Shown: piece after piece, positions 55,106 through 64,000 of the stretch
Numbering within the stretch: the stretch's first letter is position 1
How the letters are laid out: the number at the start of each line of letters is the position of its first letter
Source: Mycoplasmatota bacterium
GTDB taxonomy: Bacteria; Bacillota_I; Bacilli_A; Izemoplasmatales; Hujiaoplasmataceae
Direction of reading: 5' to 3'
Length of the DNA stretch: 64,000 bases
Assembly: GCA_027859085.1 (NCBI GenBank)
Contig: JAQIBJ010000013.1
Coordinates: forward strand, 1,372 to 65,371
Position numbers and translations under genes: made by a program
The notes under the pieces: generated by a model
What the model was told of the DNA's origin: nothing
What the model saw: only the letters and a program-made list of their open reading frames with translations
Database searches by the model: none

Positions 55106-55765
55106 CTATTCTTCCTTTCCATTTTCTTTATTTTCTTCATTATTTATATTTTCTTCTTCAATTTCTTCATCAGGTTTTAAATTTATAGTAACAAAAGCTG
55201 GTCTTAACACTCTATCTTTAAATTTATAACCAGTTTTAGTGGATTTCAATATTGTATGTTCAGGTTTATCAGGATGGTATTCAGTGTCCATCGCTTCATG
55301 GATGTTTGGATTGAACTCATCACCTGCACTTGTTTCTATTGCACTAACACCTTCATCTTTTAATGCATTATAAATCATATCTTTAATCATTTTAAATCCA
55401 TATAAGAAATTTTGCATTTGTTTATCATCGGTTTTCATATTCAACGCTTGAGTGAAAACCTCCAAAGAATCAATCAATTTATCAGCCAATGGCTGTGATG
55501 CGTATTTTCTTTCTTTAATTAATTCATTTGTTGTTCTTTTTTTGTAATTCTCCATTTCAGCTAGATTACGATAATACTTATCTTTAAACTCTTTTAGTTC
55601 TTCTTCAATTTCTTCTAACTGATCTTCAACTTTTGACTTTTTCGATTTTTTCTTTTTAGTTTCTTCATTCTTGTTTTCTTTTTCTTTAGTGTTTGACGCA
55701 TCTTGTTCTGGCTTTTCTTTTTCTTCTTTGTCAAACAACTCTTTTTCTAAATCTTTTTCCGACAT
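55106..55765 (-). CDS. grpE: Nucleotide exchange factor GrpE
   Basis: AEMENYKKR, FNPNIHEA, GYKFKDRVLRPA. Confidence 0.96.
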   Translation of the reverse strand: MSEKDLEKELFDKEEKEKPEQDASNTKEKENKNEETKKKKSKKSKVEDQLEEIEEELKEFKDKYYRNLAEMENYKKRTTNELIKERKYASQPLADKLIDSLEVFTQALNMKTDDKQMQNFLYGFKMIKDMIYNALKDEGVSAIETSAGDEFNPNIHEAMDTEYHPDKPEHTILKSTKTGYKFKDRVLRPAFVTINLKPDEEIEEENINNEENKENGKEE

Positions 55766-55771
55766 ATTTTT

Positions 55772-56782
55772 TTACTCCTCTTCGTATAGTTTTTGGATAT
55801 GTTTAGCAATGTATTTGATCAATGGGATTGCTTTTCGATAATCCATTCGCTTTGGTCCCACAAGAGAAACTGTTCCTTTTTCTCCATCATTCGTATCATA
55901 AGTAGAAGATATAACGGTAATATCATTTAAAGATGTAATTTGATTCTCAGTTCCAATCTTAACTGACATACCTTCTTCTTCTGAATTAACAATCTTAAAT
56001 ATTTCTTTATTCTCAATCGTTGAAATAAATTCTCTTAATTTATCTATATCATTAAATTCAGGTTGATATAACATATTCGCTTGTCCAGTCAAATAATATC
56101 TTGATTGGGCAAATTTTGAAAATGCTTCAATAAATGAATCAACGATTGTCTCTCGATATTTTAACAGTTCTTTAATTTGATTGTGTTCAATTTCATAATG
56201 TAATTTTTCTGATACTTTTGAAATTGGTGTATCTCTTAATAATTCATTCAATAAATCTATAACTTTTGTTAGTTCTTCAACATCAAGGTTTGCGTCTAAA
56301 TTAATTTCTTTAGATTCAACATGACCGTAATTCGTGATTACCAAGATTAAACCATGTGTAAGACTTAATTGTACCAATTGTACTTTTTTAACCTTAGAGT
56401 TATAAGCATTAGGCCCCAATGAAATAGCTGTACAGTTGGTTGCTTCCGATAGTAAATTAATGGCTTCTTTTATAATGATATCTCTGGTTTCTTCTTTGTT
56501 TGAAAATATTTGTTCAAACTCAAAAAAGCCATCCGTATCTTCTTCAATAGTCTTTGCAACAGTTTCGATATAATATCGATATCCTTTTTCAGAAGGAATC
56601 CGACCAGATGAAGTATGAGTTTTTTCAATAAAACCTTCATCCTCTAAAGTACTCATATCATTCCTTACAGTAGCGGATGATACTTTAAGTATTTTAGATA
56701 ATGTTTTAGAACCAATCGGTTCTGCAGTTCTTACATACTCATCGACGATTAATTTTAGTATCTTATCCTGTCTTTCAGTCAT
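55772..56782 (-). CDS. hrcA: Heat-inducible transcription repressor
   Basis: EPIGSK, SSATVRNDM, HTSSGRIPS, GPKRMDY. Confidence 0.97.
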   Translation of the reverse strand: MTERQDKILKLIVDEYVRTAEPIGSKTLSKILKVSSATVRNDMSTLEDEGFIEKTHTSSGRIPSEKGYRYYIETVAKTIEEDTDGFFEFEQIFSNKEETRDIIIKEAINLLSEATNCTAISLGPNAYNSKVKKVQLVQLSLTHGLILVITNYGHVESKEINLDANLDVEELTKVIDLLNELLRDTPISKVSEKLHYEIEHNQIKELLKYRETIVDSFIEAFSKFAQSRYYLTGQANMLYQPEFNDIDKLREFISTIENKEIFKIVNSEEEGMSVKIGTENQITSLNDITVISSTYDTNDGEKGTVSLVGPKRMDYRKAIPLIKYIAKHIQKLYEEE

Positions 56783-56794
56783 AAAACTACCCCT

Positions 56795-56821
56795 TTAGCA
56801 CTCTGTGATTTCGAATGCTAA
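56795..56821. promoter_or_regulatory. CIRCE element 1
   Basis: TTAGCACTC-N9-GAATGCTAA (one mismatch to consensus). Confidence 0.93.
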
Positions 56822-56825
56822 TGAT

Positions 56826-56854
56826 ATTATACTAAAGACCATTGGCAATGTCAA
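56826..56854 (-). promoter_or_regulatory. Consensus sigma-A promoter of the hrcA operon
   Basis: TTGACA (56854-56849), 17 bp, TATAAT (56831-56826). Confidence 0.9.
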
Positions 56855-56868
56855 GTCTTGAGTGCTAA
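56842..56868. promoter_or_regulatory. CIRCE element 2 (degenerate, overlaps the -35)
   Basis: TTGGCAATG-N9-GAGTGCTAA; one arm is perfect. Confidence 0.7.
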
Positions 56869-56889
56869 AAACTTATAATTTATATTTTA

Positions 56890-56935
56890 TATAAAAAAAG
56901 GTCTAACAACATTAATTGTTAAACCTTTTTTTATA
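56890..56935 (-). terminator. Terminator after the sugar ABC operon
   Basis: TATAAAAAAAGGTCTAACAA...TTGTTAAACCTTTTTTTATA. Confidence 0.8.
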
Positions 56936-56974
56936 ACTAAAACTTAAATAGATAAGGAGTGAAAAATAAATATA

Positions 56975-58006
56975 TTATTCTGCTTGACGTTTTGCATTTA
57001 GCACTTTTTGCATTAAAACCGCGCCAAGAATTAGAATACCTTTAATTAAATCATTCACAAACGATGGCACTCTAAAGGATGTTAATACAGCATCAATTGC
57101 GTAAATGACGATAATACCAAAGAAGGTCCCTTGTACAAACCCTTTACCACCAGCCATGGATGTACCTCCAATGGCCACTGCTGCGATTGCATCTAATTCA
57201 AATGATTTACCTGCAGTCGCAGTATCAACGGATCCGAAACGACTAACATATAGAAACGCCGCTAAACCAGTTAATAATCCGGTTAAAGAGAAAATATAGA
57301 CTTTAATTCGATCTACATTAATACCACTTAATTTTGCTGCTTTTTCATTTGAACCAACTGCATAAACATATCTACCAAACTTAGTTTTTGACATGATAAA
57401 TATAATCAATAGTGTGACTAATACAAAAATCCAAACTATATATGGTATCTCTAAAAACTTACCATATCCAATTTCTCTTAGTTTTCCATAATACGCATCT
57501 TGGGTAATTATTATTGGTCCACCCTGGCCTTGTTGTACAGTTAATGATCTATATGCAGCCATAGTTGCTAAAGTAACAATAAAAGCCGCAACTTTTGCTT
57601 TACCAACAAAAATACCATTTATAGATCCTAAAAAAGCACCAAATATTAAAGCAAAAAATAAACTAACAATTATGCTCTCTGAACTGTTGTAGACTAATGC
57701 GGTATTTGCTGCAGTTAAAGCAAGCAATGAACCAACGGATAAATCAATGTTTCCAGACAAAATTACTAGACTCATCCCAAGAGCAATAATACCTATAATC
57801 ACTGAAGATTTCATTAAATTAACAAGACTTCCAAAACTTAAGAAGTTCGAACTTGCTATTTGACCTAAAACCAATAATAGAACAAGTGAGATAACGTAAT
57901 TATGATTGATGACTAAATTCTTTAAAACAGGTTTTCCTTTTTCTATATAGAATTTTTTTATATTTTCTTTATTAATTGATTTTAACATGGACTTTAATTT
58001 ACTCAT
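56975..58006 (-). CDS. Monosaccharide ABC transporter permease (RbsC family)
   Basis: GNIDLSVGS, GRYVYAVGSN..AAKLSGI, ELDAIAAVAIGGTS. Confidence 0.93.
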   Translation of the reverse strand: MSKLKSMLKSINKENIKKFYIEKGKPVLKNLVINHNYVISLVLLLVLGQIASSNFLSFGSLVNLMKSSVIIGIIALGMSLVILSGNIDLSVGSLLALTAANTALVYNSSESIIVSLFFALIFGAFLGSINGIFVGKAKVAAFIVTLATMAAYRSLTVQQGQGGPIIITQDAYYGKLREIGYGKFLEIPYIVWIFVLVTLLIIFIMSKTKFGRYVYAVGSNEKAAKLSGINVDRIKVYIFSLTGLLTGLAAFLYVSRFGSVDTATAGKSFELDAIAAVAIGGTSMAGGKGFVQGTFFGIIVIYAIDAVLTSFRVPSFVNDLIKGILILGAVLMQKVLNAKRQAE

Positions 58007-59504
58007 CGTTTTCATCCTTTCTGTTTGAACCTGTTGAATAGTACATAACATCTCTTTCATTCAATTTTTCGTGATTGATAATTTTATTAATTTCACCTTT
58101 ATACATAATGATACAACGATGAGATGTTTTATAAATTTCAGGAAACTCGGAAGTAAAGATAATAACAGATTTTCCTTTATCAGTTAAATCATAAATTAAT
58201 TTATATATCTCGAATTTTGCGCCTACATCAATACCTTGAGTTGGATTGTCTAAAATATATACATCAGAATTTAATTCAAACCACCTAGCAAAAACTACTT
58301 TTTGTTGGTTTCCTCCCGATAAAGAGGTAATGGAATCTTTTGGTGACCCAACTTTAATATTGGTTACTTTTTGGTTTTGACTAAAACGTTTTAATTCTTC
58401 CTTATCAGATATTATAGGGTTTTTATGTTTTGCATTAAAATTCGCCATTGAAACATTATCTAGAATATTCATATCCTTGATTATTGAACGTTCTTTCCTA
58501 TTTCTTGGAATCATTCCAACCCCGGACTTCATAACTTTTCTTATTGAAGACAACGAAAGTGGCTTCCCGTCTTTAAGTATTTGTCCAGAATCTAACTTTC
58601 TAGCCCCAAATAAAGCTTCGCTTAATTCTCCGCGTCCATCACCGAACAAACCTGTAATAGATATAACTTCACCTTTTTTTAACGTAAAACTAATATCTCT
58701 AAAAAAGGGTTCACAAGTAAAATTTCTAACTTCAAAAACAGCTTCACTATCTAATTGTTTTTTATGAATATCTTTCTCTTCAATAATACTTCTTCCCACT
58801 AATAATTCAGTGGCTCTATTTTCATCAATATCTTTAAAATCACCTGATTCAATAAATCCACCATTTCTTAAGACTGTATATTTATCACAAATAGTAAATA
58901 ATTCAGGCATTTTATGAGAAATATAGATACAACTAATACCCTGTTCTTTTAAATCCCTCATAATTTTAAAAAGATTTTCAATTTCTGTGTTTGTTAAAGC
59001 AGTCGTTGGCTCATCCATAATGATGAGTTTAGACTCAAATAAAATAGCCCTTGCTATTTCAACAAGTTGCTTTTGTAATGTATCCAATTCTCTTACATGT
59101 AATTTCGGATCAATAGAGACATTCATCCTTTTAAAGATTTCATACGATTTTTCTATCATATAATTTTTATCTAAATAAAATTTATATTTTGTAACTTCTC
59201 GATTAATATATAAGTTTTCAAAGACTTTTAAATCATTGACTAAATTTAATTCTTGATGAATAAAATTTATTCCCAGCTCATTTGCTTGGGTTGGATTCAA
59301 AGACTTGTATTCAACGTCATCTATAATAATAGTTCCGCTTGTTGGAGGTAATACGCCACCCAAAATATTCATTAAGGTGCTTTTTCCTGCGCCATTTTCG
59401 CCCAATAAGCCGTGTATTTCACTATCTCCAATAGTGAACGAGACATCTTGTAAAGCTTTAACAGCATTAAAATTTTTATAAATATTTTTAAATTCTACTA
59501 TCAT
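57999..59504 (-). CDS. Monosaccharide ABC transporter ATPase (RbsA/MglA family)
   Basis: GENGAGKST, MDEPT, LSGGNQQKV; two fused ABC domains. Confidence 0.95.
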   Translation of the reverse strand: MIVEFKNIYKNFNAVKALQDVSFTIGDSEIHGLLGENGAGKSTLMNILGGVLPPTSGTIIIDDVEYKSLNPTQANELGINFIHQELNLVNDLKVFENLYINREVTKYKFYLDKNYMIEKSYEIFKRMNVSIDPKLHVRELDTLQKQLVEIARAILFESKLIIMDEPTTALTNTEIENLFKIMRDLKEQGISCIYISHKMPELFTICDKYTVLRNGGFIESGDFKDIDENRATELLVGRSIIEEKDIHKKQLDSEAVFEVRNFTCEPFFRDISFTLKKGEVISITGLFGDGRGELSEALFGARKLDSGQILKDGKPLSLSSIRKVMKSGVGMIPRNRKERSIIKDMNILDNVSMANFNAKHKNPIISDKEELKRFSQNQKVTNIKVGSPKDSITSLSGGNQQKVVFARWFELNSDVYILDNPTQGIDVGAKFEIYKLIYDLTDKGKSVIIFTSEFPEIYKTSHRCIIMYKGEINKIINHEKLNERDVMYYSTGSNRKDENDE

Positions 59505-59526
59505 TTTAACACACCCATTAATAAAA

Positions 59527-59560
59527 TATTAGTCGGTTAGAAAATTCTAACCGACTAATA
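59527..59560 (-). terminator. Intergenic hairpin after the binding-protein gene (mRNA stabiliser or partial terminator)
   Basis: TATTAGTCGGTTAGAA-AA-TTCTAACCGACTAATA perfect 16-bp stem. Confidence 0.7.
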
Positions 59561-59569
59561 AATTAGAAT

Positions 59570-60577
59570 TTATTCTTCGTCTAAAGAATATCTTAAAGTA
59601 TAGACTGCACCTTCCATGAAAGTTTCATAGTTAGTATTGTCAACCATTTCTGTATCAACTAAGTATAAGCCTTCTACAGTGTTTCCTTCAAGTACATCAA
59701 TACCTAATTGGATAGCTTCTACAACCATTGCTGGTGAGAATGAGAAAGTAACTTGTTTGATTCCTAAATCTTCATAGTGATCAAATAAGTTTAGTAATTC
59801 TCTTGGAGCACTTACTGCTGATACTAATTCGATTCCAGAAATATCAAAGCTTCCATCATATCCTTCTAATGCAGCCAATACACCTGCAGCAACTTCAGCA
59901 TCATGAGTAAAGATACCTTTGATTGCTTCAACGGTTGCTTGGTCAGATGCAGTTAAAAACGTTTCCATTTGACCTTGAGCAGTGTCTTTACTCCATCCAG
60001 TTGACCATTCGTTAACTAAATTGAAGTTAGCATCTGCTGTACTCCAAAATCCATCAGAACGTTGGGTAGGAACAGTTGAGTTGTCTCCCTTAAATTCAAG
60101 AATATCAACTTCACCTGCAGCTAATTCAGTTGCAAAGAAATCATTGAAATATTCACCAGTTTCTTCACCAATTGTATCATTGTCTCCCATTAATTCTGCC
60201 ATCTCATCAAAGTTTGTAATAAGTCTGTCATAAATAATTAATGGAATATCTGCATCCAAGATTTCTTGAGCAGCAGATTTAACTTCGTCACCATTATGTG
60301 GCCATAAGACGATTACGTCAACACCATCAGCGATAACTTTTTCAATGTCTTGAGCTTGTTGAACAACATCGTCTGAAGTCAAGAATTGATAATCGTAACC
60401 ATATTCCTCAGCAAGACGTTGAGTTCCGGCTTGAGCATGTTGGATACTTTCGCCTAAGAAACCATGAGTTGCACTTGGCATGATTACAGCGATTTCTTTT
60501 GAATCGCTTCCACCATTACAACCCGCTAAGGCAACAACAGCAAATAACGTCAAAAATAAAGCAATTAATTTTTTCAT
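59570..60577 (-). CDS. Sugar ABC substrate-binding lipoprotein
   Basis: Lipobox LAGC; periplasmic-binding-protein type 1 features (IPLIIYDR, R..GF, W); AGGAGG RBS. Confidence 0.92.
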   Translation of the reverse strand: MKKLIALFLTLFAVVALAGCNGGSDSKEIAVIMPSATHGFLGESIQHAQAGTQRLAEEYGYDYQFLTSDDVVQQAQDIEKVIADGVDVIVLWPHNGDEVKSAAQEILDADIPLIIYDRLITNFDEMAELMGDNDTIGEETGEYFNDFFATELAAGEVDILEFKGDNSTVPTQRSDGFWSTADANFNLVNEWSTGWSKDTAQGQMETFLTASDQATVEAIKGIFTHDAEVAAGVLAALEGYDGSFDISGIELVSAVSAPRELLNLFDHYEDLGIKQVTFSFSPAMVVEAIQLGIDVLEGNTVEGLYLVDTEMVDNTNYETFMEGAVYTLRYSLDEE

Positions 60578-60634
60578 TCTTTTTTTCTCCTCCTAAATTA
60601 TATTATATTTATTATTAATTAATAAAAGCTGTGT

Positions 60635-61681
60635 TCAACATAAGTGTTGATATGGTTTAAATATATCGACAGGAAATGGTTTTTCAGATATATCTTTATT
60701 TTTTATCATAGTTTCAGTTGAAATAGCATATTGAAGCATAAATTTTTCTTGTTGGTTAAACTCTAACTTGTAATTTAGACTCTTCATGAATCTAAACCAC
60801 ATTAAATATCCTTCAAGATGCTTTGTCGAAACACCTTTGAATCTTTTAAACCAGGATTTCAATTCACTGTGATATTGATTCATAACACCTAGATTGTAAT
60901 CACCCAACTTATGTTTTCCAGATGGTATTTGATGTAATTCACATGCTAAATTCTTAGAGACTTCTTTATAAGCTGATTTACTGTCCGTGGTAATTCTACT
61001 GTGATTTACAATTTTAGTATCTAAAGATTCATAGATATCTTCTGCAAGGGGATTCCCTTGACCGATTATCTTAGTTAGTACTTGATCTGTTTCATCTATA
61101 GCGATTAATACACACACTTGTTCATTACTTAAACCTCGTTGAACACCTGCTCTCCCCCGTTTTTTCGGTCTCCTTGGCATACTTTTATTATGCCAAGGCC
61201 CTTTTAAATTAAGTAAAAAGTAGGTTTCATCTATTTGAATATCACCACTTAATTGGCTTTCCGCTTCATATTCAGCCATTGCTTTTATAATCTTATGACG
61301 CCAGTTAAAGGCGGTCGTTTTTGATATACCAACTTCTATAGCTATCTGACGTAAAGATAGACCATAAAGCATACATCTGATGTAATCAGACCACTGCTTA
61401 TAAGTTTTCTTTGTATATTTTACAATTGATTTACTAGATATAGAACTTGTTTTAGCTGTTTCTTTATCTAAATACCTTTGGCTACCATTCTTAGTTTTAC
61501 CATATTTTACTAAGTTAGCTGATAATGCTCTTTCTCGGAAGATAATCTTTACAAGTGCATCAGCTGCTTCATTAACGGCATCTTGATTAGCCATCATGGT
61601 CTTTAATAAATCATTATATTCATCCGCACATAAAGCATTGATGAGTGGCATTATATCTTTGGTCATACTAGTTTCAATCAT
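60635..61681 (-). CDS. IS1595-family transposase (ISPna2-like DDN type)
   Basis: HTH SLRQIA..VGISKTTAFNWRHK, IDETYF, TTDSKSAY, NQYHSELK, FKGVSTKHL..YL; ATG 61681 after AGGAG; stop codon inside the TIR. Confidence 0.92.
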   Translation of the reverse strand: MIETSMTKDIMPLINALCADEYNDLLKTMMANQDAVNEAADALVKIIFRERALSANLVKYGKTKNGSQRYLDKETAKTSSISSKSIVKYTKKTYKQWSDYIRCMLYGLSLRQIAIEVGISKTTAFNWRHKIIKAMAEYEAESQLSGDIQIDETYFLLNLKGPWHNKSMPRRPKKRGRAGVQRGLSNEQVCVLIAIDETDQVLTKIIGQGNPLAEDIYESLDTKIVNHSRITTDSKSAYKEVSKNLACELHQIPSGKHKLGDYNLGVMNQYHSELKSWFKRFKGVSTKHLEGYLMWFRFMKSLNYKLEFNQQEKFMLQYAISTETMIKNKDISEKPFPVDIFKPYQHLC

Positions 61682-61699
61682 GTTTGGTATTCTCCTAAA

Positions 61700-61819
61700 A
61701 AATGTCCTTAAGCAACCAGCTTGAAGGTTAAGATTCGTCGCCAAACAGAAACTCGGTTATCAAGCTGGTTGATTAAAGACATTTAATCAAAAGATTATTA
61801 TTCCGTGCTTCTGTTTGGC
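61700..61819 (-). ncRNA. Putative structured leader RNA of the IS1595 transposase (two interleaved helices)
   Basis: 61740-61756 pairs with 61803-61819 (15/17) and 61700-61724 pairs with 61760-61784 (23/25); TTGTTA-17-TAAAAT promoter places +1 near 61819. Confidence 0.6.
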
Positions 61820-61910
61820 AATAATATTTTACCAAACTTTTTAATTTTTAACAATCATTATTTTCTATTATCAACACTTATGTTGAACACAGCATTAATA
61901 AATAACTATT

Positions 61911-62900
61911 TTAATAGCCCGTTGATTCCCGATGAATAATACGATGTGGTAAAATCACTTTTTTGTTTGTAGCATCAATATTATTCAACTTTTGAAAAAT
62001 CAAATCAAAGGCTTCTTTCCCTAATTCATATCTTGGTTGTGATACAGAAGAAATTGAAGGCTTATAAAACTCAGTAATTGAAGTGTCATCAAAACCAATA
62101 ACCATCACTTCTTCACCAACATTTATCTCCATTCTTTTCAACTCGCTAATTGCACCTAAAGCTAATGAATCTGATGCACAAACTATAGCGGTTGGTGTTT
62201 TATCTCTGGAAAATATTTTTTTCACTGCTTCCGCACCATCTGTATAACGATAAAAACTTTTCACAATTAAACTTTTATCTAATTTTAAATTATGATCTAA
62301 ATGTGCTTTTATAAATCCACTTTCTCTACTTATTTCAGAATATTTATAATAGTTCCCACTAATAAATGCAATCGTTTTATGATTGTTTTCAATAAATTCT
62401 GAAGTAACATCATAAATTGCTTTTTCATTATCAATAACTACATGAGAAACTTCTGCACCAATAGTCAGTTCGCAACATTGAACAAAAGGATATTTTTTTG
62501 ATAATTGAGTAATATAATCTGCATCTAAAGTATTAAAAAAGCTAATACATCCATCGACATGATTCATTCTTAACATATGAAGATATTTCAATTCTTTACT
62601 TTCTTCTAAATTACTGACAGCAACCAAAGTTGCATATCCGTGTTCATCAGCTGTGTCTTCAATACCTTGAATAATTGTCGTGTAAAATTGATTAGCCATA
62701 GTGGGAAGTAAAACAAGGATTCTATTTGATTTTTGAGTTCTTAAACTTCGACCAGTAATATTTGGAACAAAATTATATTTATCTATAACAGATAAAACTT
62801 TTTTTCTGGTTGAAGCTGCAACTCTTGAATCATCATTGATAACTCTGGAAACCGTTGCAACAGAATATCCGCAAATTTCGGCTATTTTTTTTATATTCAT
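61911..62900 (-). CDS. LacI-family transcriptional regulator
   Basis: IKKIAEICGYSVATVSRVIN, VIGFDD, SSVSQP. Confidence 0.96.
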   Translation of the reverse strand: MNIKKIAEICGYSVATVSRVINDDSRVAASTRKKVLSVIDKYNFVPNITGRSLRTQKSNRILVLLPTMANQFYTTIIQGIEDTADEHGYATLVAVSNLEESKELKYLHMLRMNHVDGCISFFNTLDADYITQLSKKYPFVQCCELTIGAEVSHVVIDNEKAIYDVTSEFIENNHKTIAFISGNYYKYSEISRESGFIKAHLDHNLKLDKSLIVKSFYRYTDGAEAVKKIFSRDKTPTAIVCASDSLALGAISELKRMEINVGEEVMVIGFDDTSITEFYKPSISSVSQPRYELGKEAFDLIFQKLNNIDATNKKVILPHRIIHRESTGY

Positions 62901-62929
62901 AACATTACTCTCAATTTCTAATAAAATAA

Positions 62930-62949
62930 TTTTGTAATCGTTTACAAAA
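62930..62949. promoter_or_regulatory. LacI-type operator at the lacI promoter
   Basis: TTTTGTAATCGTTTACAAAA palindrome just downstream of minus-strand TTGACA (62979-62974), 16 bp, TATAAT (62957-62952). Confidence 0.8.
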
Positions 62950-63028
62950 ATATTATATCATACGATAATTTTCTGTCAAGATTTACATATAAATTTTATC
63001 AATATTTCTGATTATATCACTATTTGCG

Positions 63029-63076
63029 TTGCATTTATTATTTTAAGAATGTATAATACCTATGTAAACGTTTAAT
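63029..63076 (+). promoter_or_regulatory. Promoter and second LacI-type operator for the oxidoreductase gene
   Basis: TTGCAT-17-TATAAT (63029-63057) followed by TGTAAACGTTTAAT (63063-63076). Confidence 0.75.
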
Positions 63077-63101
63077 ATTATTATAAATAAAGGAGCTTTT
63101 A

Positions 63102-64000
63102 ATGAAGAAATTTAAAACAGGAATTGTCGGTGCTGGTTTTATAGGCATTGCACATATTGAAAACTTAAGAAGATTAGGAAATGTAGAAGTAATTGCGTTA
63201 AGCGATCGATTTGATGCAGAAAAGAAAGCAAAAAATCTATATATTGAGCACGCATATGAAAATTATCAAACAATGATAAAGGAATTAGATTTGGATTTTA
63301 TTCATATTTGCACTCCAAATAACACTCATTTTGAAATCGCTAAATTTGCGCTTGAAAACAATATAAATGTCATACTTGAAAAACCAATGACATTTACTGT
63401 TGAAGAAGCTGAAAAATTAACTAAACTTGCTAAAGATAAAAAGTTAATTAATGCTGTGAATTTTCATAATCGTCTTTATCCTACAAATATTCACATAAAG
63501 AATATTCTCCATTCGAAAGAAATTGGTGATGTTATATCTATTAGTGGTGCATATTTGCAAGATTGGCTATTATTTGATACTGATTACTCATGGCGTTTAA
63601 ACTCTAAAGAGTCAGGATTAACTAGAGCTGTAGCTGATATAGGTTCTCATTGGATGGATTTGGTAGAGTATCTTACTGGTTTAAGAATAACTGAAGTATT
63701 AGCTGAATTCAAAACTCAGTATCCAAAAAGAAAAAAACCGATTGGAAATGTTGAATCATTTTCTAAAAGTATAGATCAAGAATATAAAGAAGTTGAAATT
63801 GACACTGAAGACATTGCGTTATTATTGTTCAAATTTGATAATGGTGCAATTGGTAGTTCAACCATTTCACAAATGTCAGCTGGTAATAAAAATAATCTTA
63901 ATATTGAGATATCAGGAACAAAGGCTTCTATCAAATGGTCTTTAAAAGATTTAGAAAACATTTACCTTGGTTATCGGGATGAAGCAAACAAAGTTATTCC
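63102..64000 (+). CDS. Gfo/Idh/MocA family oxidoreductase (runs off window end; not in ORF track)
   Basis: AAGGAG RBS; MKKFKTGIVGAGFIG, HICTPNNTH, LEKP, ADIGSHW. Confidence 0.92.
   Translation, partial: MKKFKTGIVGAGFIGIAHIENLRRLGNVEVIALSDRFDAEKKAKNLYIEHAYENYQTMIKELDLDFIHICTPNNTHFEIAKFALENNINVILEKPMTFTVEEAEKLTKLAKDKKLINAVNFHNRLYPTNIHIKNILHSKEIGDVISISGAYLQDWLLFDTDYSWRLNSKESGLTRAVADIGSHWMDLVEYLTGLRITEVLAEFKTQYPKRKKPIGNVESFSKSIDQEYKEVEIDTEDIALLLFKFDNGAIGSSTISQMSAGNKNNLNIEISGTKASIKWSLKDLENIYLGYRDEANKVI

Larger units (their letters stand above)
60627..61894 (-). mobile_element. IS1595-family insertion sequence (about 1.27 kb)
   Basis: Perfect 25-bp TIRs GCTGTGTTCAACATAAGTGTTGATA (60628-60652 and 61869-61893); flanking duplication TTAATAAA (60619-60626 and 61895-61902). 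Confidence 0.95.

Noticed and set aside
61682-61744. N-terminal extension of the transposase from TTG 61744 in the ORF track
   Set aside because: It has no RBS and lies inside the structured leader; ATG 61681 has a clear AGGAG.

Overview
Very AT-rich bacterial chromosome segment using the standard code (TGA is a stop, TGG is Trp), with almost all genes on the minus strand. The gene set and reduced Firmicutes-like gene order suggest a wall-less Bacilli/Mollicutes lineage such as Izemoplasmatales or Acholeplasmatales (inference). Most of the window is housekeeping: lon (partial), tig, ribF, truB, mutS2, rnhC, lspA, msrA, hisS, acpP, relA, apt, recJ, nadC, parEC, plsY, degV plus a fabT-like gene, sigA, dnaG, glyQS, recO, era, ybeY, phoH, rpsU (missed by the ORF track), mtaB, rsmE and hrcA-grpE-dnaK-dnaJ with two CIRCE elements. 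It ends in a LacI-controlled sugar ABC locus. Four things stand out. (1) A PadR + jetA-jetB-jetC (Wadjet/MksBEF-like SMC) operon has no jetD nuclease, sits where prmA normally lies, and has its own promoter plus a 3x15-bp repeat array. (2) An intact IS1595-family element has perfect 25-bp TIRs, an 8-bp target duplication, and a ~120-nt leader with two long interleaved helices (pseudoknot or switch topology). (3) A Fic-fold protein with a degenerate active site lies downstream of parEC, and both it and ParC end in beta-clamp-like motifs. (4) Tandem FabT-type operators sit in front of degV-fabT. All family assignments come from motif recognition by eye, not database searches.
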